32,000 bases of DNA from Candidatus Saccharimonadota bacterium (GTDB lineage Bacteria; Patescibacteriota; Saccharimonadia; Saccharimonadales; UBA4665): the NCBI GenBank assembly GCA_016700375.1, contig CP065016.1, forward strand, positions 600,001-632,000. The letters run 5' to 3'. Position numbers and translations under genes: made by a program. The first letter of the stretch is position 1. Every line of letters begins with the position of its first letter. The notes beneath the pieces were generated by a model. That model ran no database searches, was not told the origin of the DNA, and saw only the letters and a program-made list of their open reading frames with translations. Below, piece after piece: positions 24,709 to 32,000 of this stretch.

Positions 24709-27206
24709 TGTGCAAGGATTGTTAATGTTAACCCAAGACTGTACGAGGACGGCATCTGTTCGGCGGGGATTGTTTGGCGCACAGGCACCCCAGTAACATC
24801 CCAGTAACATTCGGTGTTCGAGCCGACCGCAGCGGTTAAAAGATTAACAGAGTCCACACTGCCCTCAACGTAGTTTTCATCAATTCCTTTGGTGACGTTC
24901 GTTATTGAGCAACCAACTTGGGGAGTAATACTGCCGGCAGATGGTTCAACCCGTAGCTTCCCGGCGTACGTATCGGTGTCTGCTCCATCTGCGCACCCCG
25001 GCTGAGTACCTGCCGTGTCATTGAAGTCGTAATGAGCTGTTGCGCCGGGATTATCCCATAACCCTATCGGTCCGGCCGTTGGTGCTACTGAAAGCACCCA
25101 GCTGGCATTTGCCGTCATATTACTTACTCGAATTTTTTGCGCCGGGGCCCCCAATGCTGCGGTACTTTCCGTGCAGTTAAAAATCAGTCCCTGAGTAGCA
25201 AAACTTACCAACGGAGACGCAACGGTAATGCCGCCAGCATCCACAATATCGACCGTAAGCGCACCAGTCGGCGGCACGCGCCACACAGCATAGCGATACG
25301 TACCGCCATTTGTATTGGTTGAGGTACTTGTGCCCACCGTGAAACCACCGGCATTTATACTTGTTATGAGGTTTGCGGCATTGGCTGTGTTCGTAAGATA
25401 CTGTGCGTTACCACCCGTAAGTGTAGATGGCCGCTGCGCCCCAGCAACTGCTGTCGAACGTTTCACCCATACGAGGTCAAACCAAAAAGGCGCCGTCACT
25501 TGTCGCCCCGCAACCCCTGTTCCGGTGTATGTACCGACACTGAAGTTCGTACCCGATTTAAACGCAAACCAGCGGTACAATGATGCACTCGTGTTTGACG
25601 CTGCATTTGTTCCCACGGTAAAACCGTTAGCATTCAGGGACTGTACAACACCTGCCGTTTCCGCCGTGGCGGCGAAGAAACTAGTAAGATCGCCAGCCTG
25701 CGCACTGGTGCGAAATGCCCCAGCAGTTGTGCTATTGCGCTTCAGGGCAACGAAATCAGGCTGAAATGGTATGTCCGCGACCGGACGCGCGGTGAGCCCG
25801 CTGCCATAGTAAACCCCTGTCGCAAAGTCAGCTGCGCCACTGTTCGTATCTGATTCATACGCATTACCAAACGCCTGCCAGTGGTATGTGTTGCCATTCG
25901 TATTCACAACCGTGCTCGTACCCAGGCGAAAACCCGTGGCATCTAGCGAAGTAATACCCCCCGTAAAATCTGCCGTCGCAGAACCCAAGTAAGCTGTCGC
26001 ATCGCCGGGCATCTGACGTATACGAAAAACTGCATGGTTCGCCGCATTGTCTTTTATGAGCACAAGGTCTGGGGCAAAACCGATTCCTGTCACCGACCGC
26101 GCTGCACCGTTGCCAGTGTACGTCCCCTGCGCCATGGTAAAAGACCCGCTCGCGCTCCCAAAACTCGGTGCCCCACCAAATGCAAACCAGTACATCGTGG
26201 TGCCGCTCTCGTTTGTGTTGCTGCCAGCCCCAAGAGTAAAGCCATCAGTTACCATTCCTTGCACCATATTTGTCGCATCTGCCACCGAATCGCTGAGGTA
26301 GCTCGCTAAATTACCGAAGTGTTTATCGGTGTAGATGATTGAACGGCGATTGTTCGCAGTAGCGCTAGTACTGTTTTTTATGACTACCGTATCGGGCTGA
26401 AACCCAAGCCCCGTAATATTCGTACCCGCCGTGACATTGCCGGTGTATGACCCCTGCGCAAACGTACCGCCACCACTACGAAAGGCTATGTAGTTGTACG
26501 TTCCTCCCGTAGCATTATCTGTTGCCCCCACAGTAAAGCCCGTGGCAGTACTGTTTGCTATGTACGCACCGGTTGTGTTTGCAGCAGTTGTCGTGAAAAA
26601 CTCGGTTCTGTTTGCGGCCATAGCAGTTGTGCGAAAATGTGCGCCCACAGCAGTTGAGCGCTTGACTGTAATCATATCGGGCTGAAACCCTGTGGTTATT
26701 GTGCGGCTTGCAGCACCAGTTCCCGTATACGTACCGACACAAAAATAGCCTGTCGCGGAGCAGTCTGAACCACTAAAGGCTTCCCATCGGTACAAAACAT
26801 TGGCATTATTTACGTTCGCTAGCGCCCCCACCGTAAAACCATCGGGCGTATAGGAGATGGCCGTCGCAGTATTGTCTGCAGTGGCACTAAAAAATGCAGT
26901 ATTTGCTGCAGCCATAGCACTCGTTTTAAAAACCCCAACGCCAGCAGTCGTAGACGCCCTAATAATCACAAGCTCCGGCTGAAAGCCCAGACCACTGATG
27001 GTTTTTGAACTACCCGTACCCAGGTAGTACCCCGTGCGCATACTAAAGTTTGCCGCATATGCCTTAGGCGTAATGAACAGTGCAGAAAGAAGTGATAGTA
27101 CTAGTATTTGCACGACCGCAAAAACACCCAGCCTTTGTGAAAGTTTGATACTACCCGAATACCGCTTGTGTGTGTTTCTCTGCATTCTCAACAATCCCAT
27201 AAGCAT
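24705..27206 (-). CDS. secreted surface protein with six tandem ~95-109-aa repeats and a C-terminal WxL-like domain
   Basis: There is a signal-peptide-like N-terminus ...RLGVFAVVQILVLSLLSALFITPKAYA|ANF. The six repeats share G-x-Y-x-G-x-G...GF(Q/A)PD...(I/V)K...GF(T/R)(V/L)G...N...Y-x-(W/Y)-x-(A/V)-(F/W). The C-terminal 184 aa are paralogous to the 203-aa protein. The start is uncertain among ATG 27206, 27200 and 27185. The tracked start at 27356 overlaps the upstream gene by 107 bp and is unlikely. Confidence 0.75.
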   Translation of the reverse strand: MLMGLLRMQRNTHKRYSGSIKLSQRLGVFAVVQILVLSLLSALFITPKAYAANFSMRTGYYLGTGSSKTISGLGFQPELVIIRASTTAGVGVFKTSAMAAANTAFFSATADNTATAISYTPDGFTVGALANVNNANVLYRWEAFSGSDCSATGYFCVGTYTGTGAASRTITTGFQPDMITVKRSTAVGAHFRTTAMAANRTEFFTTTAANTTGAYIANSTATGFTVGATDNATGGTYNYIAFRSGGGTFAQGSYTGNVTAGTNITGLGFQPDTVVIKNSTSATANNRRSIIYTDKHFGNLASYLSDSVADATNMVQGMVTDGFTLGAGSNTNESGTTMYWFAFGGAPSFGSASGSFTMAQGTYTGNGAARSVTGIGFAPDLVLIKDNAANHAVFRIRQMPGDATAYLGSATADFTGGITSLDATGFRLGTSTVVNTNGNTYHWQAFGNAYESDTNSGAADFATGVYYGSGLTARPVADIPFQPDFVALKRNSTTAGAFRTSAQAGDLTSFFAATAETAGVVQSLNANGFTVGTNAASNTSASLYRWFAFKSGTNFSVGTYTGTGVAGRQVTAPFWFDLVWVKRSTAVAGAQRPSTLTGGNAQYLTNTANAANLITSINAGGFTVGTSTSTNTNGGTYRYAVWRVPPTGALTVDIVDAGGITVASPLVSFATQGLIFNCTESTAALGAPAQKIRVSNMTANASWVLSVAPTAGPIGLWDNPGATAHYDFNDTAGTQPGCADGADTDTYAGKLRVEPSAGSITPQVGCSITNVTKGIDENYVEGSVDSVNLLTAAVGSNTECYWDVTGVPVRQTIPAEQMPSSYSLGLTLTILAQ
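25260..27053 (-). repeat. array of six in-frame coding repeats (protein-level tandem duplication)
   Basis: Using tracked-ORF numbering, the repeat boundaries read from the translation are residues 102-207, 208-301, 302-410, 411-513, 514-607 and 608-699. Confidence 0.8.
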
Positions 27207-27249
27207 TAGCGCAAACACAGTATAGCACCCCTGATAATGTTTGCGGCAA

Positions 27250-28842
27250 TTACTTCTTCGCAGAGCGTTTTGCTGGAGTTTTCCGTGGCGCACGTTTAGC
27301 CACCTTTTTTCGGGTGCTTTTTTTTGGTTTTGGCGATTCAGGTTCATCTGCCTCAAGATTCCAAGAACTGCTTAAGGCCGGTACTGCACCGCTATCGGTT
27401 AGAACACCGAGGTTACGCAGTTCTTCGTCGCTTGCGCCTTCGCGCCAGTCCGGGAATTCAGCATCCTCCGGCTCGGGAAATGCCGGATTTGGAACATGCG
27501 GCGGTACAGGATAGCGCTCAGGCACCGGCGCAGAAGGCTGCGTTTGTGCAATTGGCGCCTGCCAGGCGGTTTCAGGCTGTACCGATGAGGGCACAGGGGG
27601 TGGAGGCGCAACTGGCGACGGTTGAGACTGTTCAGCAGCCAGCTGAGGCGGCGCAGCGGCATCAACTACCCAAGAGCCTTTGTGAGCCGTACGTTTGCGC
27701 CGTAAGCGTTTTTTTGGCTGAGGCAGTAACAGCACCTGGCCGTAGTCGATAAGAAATGGCGGCTTGATGGAATTAATTTTGGCAAGCTGCTTCCAATCAA
27801 TCCCATGCGCTTCCGCAATCGACATAACGGTATCTCCCGGTACGACGGTATACTTATGGAGCCGTTTTTGTGCAATGCGGCGCAATTTTCGTCGATATAG
27901 GAACGTAATAAGTGCAAAAATAAGCACAAACGGTACCGCAATTTCCACCGCAAGCGCCTGCCAGGTTGGCATCATAATGAAATAGCCAGTGGCTGCTCTG
28001 ACTTTTCGTTCTTGACCGGTCGCATCACCAATACCAGTATTTGTATCTGAATCGTACGCAATGGAAGTCTGCGCTTTGTATATACCACCCCAAAAAGGTC
28101 GCTTAAACTCAAACGCCCACCCTGTCGTTGCGCCCGCAATAACCGGATAGGTTGCCTTCTGAACTGGCGTCTCCTGGCCAAAAACGCTCCTTAGCTGTAC
28201 GCGCGTCGTCACATCGAGCGATACATTTCCAGTGTTTTTACTGACTGGCGAGACGGTGTAGTTGCCTTTTTCGTTCCGATCTACTACAACCTTTTGTATT
28301 GTCAGTTGTTTTACAATTTTACCTGGAACCGTTATTGCGACTCGTATAGCGTTACGAAAACCAAGCGCAATGCCACCCTCCTTCTTTGAGCCAGTATTTT
28401 TTGTATCTTGTGCAGTAATACAGGCTCCGTGCTCACCCGGACCAGCGTCTTTTGGAGCAGTGATAGTAAAAGGTACGGTCTCGTTTTCTCCTGGCTGTAC
28501 AACAACCTCATTCCGAGAGAGCCGTATCCATTGGCCTACATCTGTCTTCTTCTCGCTATTCTGCTTGCAAGAAAACGAACCATCGACTGCAGCGACAGAG
28601 TCAACCGCATCAATCTTCACCGTTCGAGGTTCTTTTGTGTAGTTGAAGACCCGAACACCATCCTCCACCGTCTCACCACCCTTTAAGGTGTGTATAAAAA
28701 TGCTTCGAGAACGAAGGTTACCAACCTTCGGATTGGCGGGAGCTATGCCGATTGAACCGGCCTGAGCTAAAACTGAAGCATGGGTAAAGAGCAGGATGCC
28801 TACAGCGAGCAGTGGTCCCAACGTTTGCAAGCGTTTTTTCAT
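27250..28842 (-). CDS. DUF916/DUF3324-like (CscA-like) surface protein with a TM anchor, a LysM domain and a Pro-rich/Lys-rich tail
   Basis: The signal peptide is MKKRLQTLGPLLAVGILLFTHASVLAQA. The ectodomain layout (PANP...SIFIHTLKGGE...VRVFNYT...WIRLS...VPFTITAPKDAGPGEHGA...) resembles Firmicute CscA. The TM helix ALAVEIAVPFVLIFALITFLY is followed by RRKLRR, and then comes the LysM motif YTVVPGDTVMSIAEAHGIDWKQLAKINSI...GQVLLLP. Confidence 0.7.
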   Translation of the reverse strand: MKKRLQTLGPLLAVGILLFTHASVLAQAGSIGIAPANPKVGNLRSRSIFIHTLKGGETVEDGVRVFNYTKEPRTVKIDAVDSVAAVDGSFSCKQNSEKKTDVGQWIRLSRNEVVVQPGENETVPFTITAPKDAGPGEHGACITAQDTKNTGSKKEGGIALGFRNAIRVAITVPGKIVKQLTIQKVVVDRNEKGNYTVSPVSKNTGNVSLDVTTRVQLRSVFGQETPVQKATYPVIAGATTGWAFEFKRPFWGGIYKAQTSIAYDSDTNTGIGDATGQERKVRAATGYFIMMPTWQALAVEIAVPFVLIFALITFLYRRKLRRIAQKRLHKYTVVPGDTVMSIAEAHGIDWKQLAKINSIKPPFLIDYGQVLLLPQPKKRLRRKRTAHKGSWVVDAAAPPQLAAEQSQPSPVAPPPPVPSSVQPETAWQAPIAQTQPSAPVPERYPVPPHVPNPAFPEPEDAEFPDWREGASDEELRNLGVLTDSGAVPALSSSWNLEADEPESPKPKKSTRKKVAKRAPRKTPAKRSAKK

Positions 28843-28895
28843 CTTGCTCTTTACTGTACATGCTTTCAATCATTTTTTCTAGAACCGCTTTTGGT

Positions 28896-29507
28896 TTATT
28901 GAGCAATAGCTGAAACAACCATCGTAAGGCTGTAGCTACCATCGGCCTGTTCGGCAGGGATTTTCTGGCTCAACGTGTAACCAGTCAGTTCACCTTCCCA
29001 GGCAGTTGTGCTCGTGTTGTTCATGAGCGTTACAGGAGAAGTGCTACTAAACGCACCGCCAGGCAGTGTGTGTGTAGGAGCATTTGCACCAGCAGTCTGA
29101 GTAAACGTACCGCCACTAATGCTCATCTGACCGTTTGTACAGCCAGAGCCTGCAGCGTCTTTATAGCTATATGTCTCAGAACCATTTGTCCAGTTGTCTG
29201 AAGCTGGGGTCTGAGCGTTGATGTCAACCTTTACACCAGAAAGTACCGGGTTACTAACTTTAACCTTCTGCGAAGCAGTACCAAACGTTGCGGTCTGGGT
29301 CTGACACGAGAAACTAAATGTTGTTGTTGGGAAAGCCACCGCTGGGCTCACAACAGATACACCAGAACCATCGACGATATCAATCGTGAGAGTGCCTGGG
29401 TTGATGACTTGTGAAAGGCTCGTATTTGTCGCGGCAAATGCTGCCGTTGGTAGCAAAACACCAGCTGCGACAAAGAGAGCTACAAGTGCACTAAGCTTTT
29501 TACGCAT
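28896..29507 (-). CDS. secreted WxL-like domain protein (203 aa)
   Basis: The start ATG at 29507 is preceded by AAAGGAG. The signal peptide is MRKKLSALVALFVAAGVLLPTAAFA|A. The mature domain GTLTIDIVDGSG...KIPAEQADGSYSLTMVVSAIAQ is paralogous to the C-terminus of the giant protein. Confidence 0.7.
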   Translation of the reverse strand: MRKKLSALVALFVAAGVLLPTAAFAATNTSLSQVINPGTLTIDIVDGSGVSVVSPAVAFPTTTFSFSCQTQTATFGTASQKVKVSNPVLSGVKVDINAQTPASDNWTNGSETYSYKDAAGSGCTNGQMSISGGTFTQTAGANAPTHTLPGGAFSSTSPVTLMNNTSTTAWEGELTGYTLSQKIPAEQADGSYSLTMVVSAIAQ

Positions 29508-29578
29508 ATGCGTAACTCCTTTTATTTTTATTTGTTTTTTATTTGTAATGCTTTGTGGGACCAAAGCGATACCACTTC

Positions 29579-29608
29579 ATCATACGGGGGTCAGTCAGGG
29601 GCAGTCAA
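29579..29608 (-). promoter_or_regulatory. candidate promoter for the WxL-like / CscA-like gene block
   Basis: The minus strand reads TTGACT, an 18-nt spacer, then TATGAT. This would give a 5' UTR of about 70 nt ending in AAAGGAG. Confidence 0.35.
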
Positions 29609-29735
29609 CGTCTATGACCAGTGTTTTGCTGTATAATATACGCTATTTTACCCCTGTTAAAATGCTATTGTTGTAAGATTATCTCGCACAATTTACATCA
29701 TGCAATTATTTTTCACAACAATAAGACTTTTTGCT

Positions 29736-31343
29736 CTACGGCTTCGTGATAACTTCTCGCCAATTCAAAATATCGTAACCACCTGTAATGGGATAACTGG
29801 GGGGTGGCGCATAGTATAGGTTGTAATCATAGTCCGTTGATGTTTGTCGTACGCCGGATATATATCGATTTAATGACGGGCTATAGGCTGCATCACCACA
29901 TGCTCCTCCGCGTGTAAAATTCCATGTCCAATACTGCCTGGTAGCAACGGAGCCGTAATATACAAATTTCTGGTCTGGGTTTACCCAACCGCGCGTGCAC
30001 CGGCTAGAATTAACCTTATACACATCTGGGTATGTCACTGAACCACTTTGAGCGAGTGCTGCAGCGTCGATTTCAAATGTAAATGCCCCAGTTCTTGGAA
30101 TTGCATAGGGAGCAATCAATACGTCATTTTCAGCAACAAAACCGATAGCGTCTGTTCCGTTCTTGGCGCCGTAACGAACTTCACCGGCAATGTTAATGTC
30201 GGCAGCATTGGTGTCATTTCCAAGCCGTCCGGCAGCTATAGTCACACGGCCCGTGAAGGTTGATGCAGTTCGAACCCAGACGTTATCCTCAACAAATATC
30301 ACTCCTGAAGTCGGTAATGCAATTCCCGTTTCTACAACAGTGCGTGTCAGTGCGGTTGTGTAATCGGTCTGCGTATCGTCTTCATTGCTGACACGATATA
30401 GGTCATAGGTATTATTAGCATTCAACTGTATGTAGTAACCCCGACGAGTACTGAATGAACTTGAGCTATAGCGTGGTATGTATGCAGAAGTTCGGGCCGC
30501 TGGCGCAAGATTGCAAGGGTTATTTTGGTTTGCATATCCAGCAGTTGAGGTATCGTTCGCAAAAGCAACTTTTTTCATAGTACATAATGCCCCTGTGACC
30601 TGGTTAAAGTCTATTGTTGGTCGAGGGTAGAGCCAGTTTGATTTGTCGCGAGTTACACAATTTGGGTTAATGACACTCGCACTACACCATACACCGTTTT
30701 TCGTAGAGCCATCACCCCCATAACTTACCTTGGGAACATAGTCATCATTGGCGCTACCAACAGTGTCTGTATTTGGTCCGTCCATATGAACTCCCTGATT
30801 CGAGAATACCGGACCGTTCGCTGTCTCTGAGTCACCAAACCAAAACTCTACATCAGCCAATAGCCCGTAACTCGCAAATGACGCTGCTCCTATCCGAGCT
30901 TCAAGCGTTCTCGTTACCCCATCGTTCGTTTTACCCATTGAGCGTATGGTAGCAACGGTAGAGCCAAAACTGCTTGGTTTAATCCATATCGTAAACGTGC
31001 CTTTTTTCTGAGTATTTGCATCGACGTAATCATGTACGTATGGCCCATAGCCTAGGTTTGCGTCCGGAGTCGCTGGGGTCGTGTTACCGTCCCTATAATC
31101 ACTAGAGTTATGTGCCATATGCCATAGATAATAATTAACTCCGGCTTCGGCGATGTGGAGCGCTTGTTGACGGCCAATGATAATCCCGCTCGAAGTAAGA
31201 TTGTTCATCACCACCATCATGGCCGTAGACGTAATGATTGACATTGCGATAATGAATGACAATACGGTTGGTAGGGTAAAGCCAGCTTCATTATGTGGTA
31301 AAAATTTCGTGCAGTAACCTTGTTTTCTCACCAGCGTCTTCAT
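29736..31343 (-). CDS. large PilX-N-like minor pilin / putative pilus-tip protein
   Basis: The N-terminus NEAG|FTLPTVLSFIIAMSIITSTAMMVV is prepilin-like but lacks Glu5. It is followed by GRQQALHIAEAGVNYYLWHM, which resembles PilX_N. The C-terminal ~380 aa are beta-rich with several Cys residues. The start is ATGA-coupled to the upstream pilin gene. Confidence 0.7.
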   Translation of the reverse strand: MKTLVRKQGYCTKFLPHNEAGFTLPTVLSFIIAMSIITSTAMMVVMNNLTSSGIIIGRQQALHIAEAGVNYYLWHMAHNSSDYRDGNTTPATPDANLGYGPYVHDYVDANTQKKGTFTIWIKPSSFGSTVATIRSMGKTNDGVTRTLEARIGAASFASYGLLADVEFWFGDSETANGPVFSNQGVHMDGPNTDTVGSANDDYVPKVSYGGDGSTKNGVWCSASVINPNCVTRDKSNWLYPRPTIDFNQVTGALCTMKKVAFANDTSTAGYANQNNPCNLAPAARTSAYIPRYSSSSFSTRRGYYIQLNANNTYDLYRVSNEDDTQTDYTTALTRTVVETGIALPTSGVIFVEDNVWVRTASTFTGRVTIAAGRLGNDTNAADINIAGEVRYGAKNGTDAIGFVAENDVLIAPYAIPRTGAFTFEIDAAALAQSGSVTYPDVYKVNSSRCTRGWVNPDQKFVYYGSVATRQYWTWNFTRGGACGDAAYSPSLNRYISGVRQTSTDYDYNLYYAPPPSYPITGGYDILNWREVITKP

Positions 31344-31939
31344 AGGTTATTCTTCTTGTTCCGCAGGAGCACCTGCACATTTATATCTTGTGAACGCGCG
31401 TTTTCAAGCTGCGTAGCAAGATTTATTTGTATGGTTTTGACCACGCTTAAATCAGTAACTGGAGTGGCAAGAGCTGCGCCAACTGCATTCGTATAGCGAA
31501 ACAGCTTGCCGCCACTCGCTTGATAGAAGTTGTCAATAATAACGAAGCTTTTCTTCTTATCTGTTTGCAGCGTGCCAAGTGGGGGGTTTGCACTCATCGG
31601 GGTTAAGTCGGCGTACAAACGCTTGGTCGCACCGTTAACAACATAGTATCTCACTTGCGAAACATAGACGTCAGACGGGTAGAAGTATGTGTAGACCGTG
31701 AGGTCATTATCGCCAGCGCTACTAATACTCGTGGTCCCTCGTAGAACATTTGCGATTCTATCGGCCTGGCTACTCAGCTGACCAAAGCTTGTTGCTTGTT
31801 TTTGCAAGTCAAGATAGCTAACAAGAGTGGTTTTAAAAACGACAAAGAATATGACTGAAAGCGCACCAATGAGTGCTATGACGACCACCATTTCAAGAAT
31901 GGTGAAACCCTGCTCTTCCCGCTGCTTAGGGCTTAACAC
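31340..31939 (-). CDS. type IV pilin-like protein (prepilin-type N-terminal cleavage/methylation domain; minor pilin)
   Basis: G|FTILEMVVVIALIGALSVIF is the canonical class III signal. I chose the start GTG at 31939 because it has GGAGG 5 nt upstream and gives a short leader, MLSPKQREEQG. The tracked ATG at 31987 would give an atypically long leader. Confidence 0.8.
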   Translation of the reverse strand: MLSPKQREEQGFTILEMVVVIALIGALSVIFFVVFKTTLVSYLDLQKQATSFGQLSSQADRIANVLRGTTSISSAGDNDLTVYTYFYPSDVYVSQVRYYVVNGATKRLYADLTPMSANPPLGTLQTDKKKSFVIIDNFYQASGGKLFRYTNAVGAALATPVTDLSVVKTIQINLATQLENARSQDINVQVLLRNKKNNL

Positions 31940-32000
31940 GAAAACCTCCAAGCGGTATGGTTGGCAAGACGAGCGTACCATTTGCATTCTGTATCGTAAC
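31926..32000 (-). CDS. 3' end of a further ORF entering from beyond the window (possible additional pilin-operon gene)
   Basis: The frame is open from the window edge, reads ...VTIQNANGTLVLPTIPLGGFRVKP, and stops at TAA (31926-31928). It overlaps the GTG start of the next gene by 14 bp. Only 24 codons are visible. Confidence 0.3.
   Translation of the reverse strand, partial: VTIQNANGTLVLPTIPLGGFRVKP

Noticed and set aside
25137-26742. Plus-strand and alternative-frame ORFs within the six-repeat gene
   Set aside because: They lie antisense to, or out of frame with, a long ORF whose periodic repeat structure and signal peptide support the minus-strand frame chosen.
1-32000. CRISPR arrays, rRNA genes, and tRNAs other than tRNA-Ala
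   Set aside because: I saw no regularly spaced direct repeats with unique spacers, no rRNA-like conserved blocks, and no second cloverleaf-compatible GTTCGA/T-arm context.

Overview
This looks like a streamlined bacterial chromosome segment. Gene content and layout suggest a Patescibacteria/Saccharibacteria-like organism, but that is inference only. From about 1 to 22.9 kb the window is mostly housekeeping: class II ribonucleotide reductase nrdJ plus nrdR, ftsZ-ftsA, rpsU-yqeY-adk-map, priA-def-fmt, tRNA-Ala(CGC), rpsA-infB and a ROK kinase. Small accessory islets sit between these genes: an edge-truncated rve-type transposase, a MITE-like IS remnant, a Phd/PIN toxin-antitoxin pair with a DUF2750-like gene and a wHTH regulator, an AT-rich orphan gene beside the tRNA, a 440-bp ORF-free hairpin-rich region that is a candidate ncRNA, an HExxH/zinc-ribbon protein, and a KGG stress protein. 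The right third (22.9-32 kb, all minus strand) is the most interesting part. It is a tightly packed cell-surface locus with these components in order: a type IV minor-pilin-like gene; a 535-aa PilX-N-like protein ATGA-coupled to it; a 203-aa secreted protein; a DUF916/DUF3324-like membrane-anchored protein with a LysM domain on its predicted cytoplasmic tail; a secreted protein of about 830 aa built from six tandem ~95-109-aa repeats; and a bitopic membrane protein. The C-terminal domain of the six-repeat protein is paralogous to the 203-aa protein and resembles a degenerate WxL domain. The bitopic membrane protein is cleanly split by an intact IS982-family element (17-bp inverted repeats, 6-bp target duplication, and the reading frame is restored when the element is excised in silico). 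A recurring sequence-level feature is that many genes have a TATAAT/TATACT box only 6-10 nt upstream of the start codon and no Shine-Dalgarno sequence, which suggests leaderless mRNAs. Family names are assigned from motifs I recognise by eye. No database search was run.
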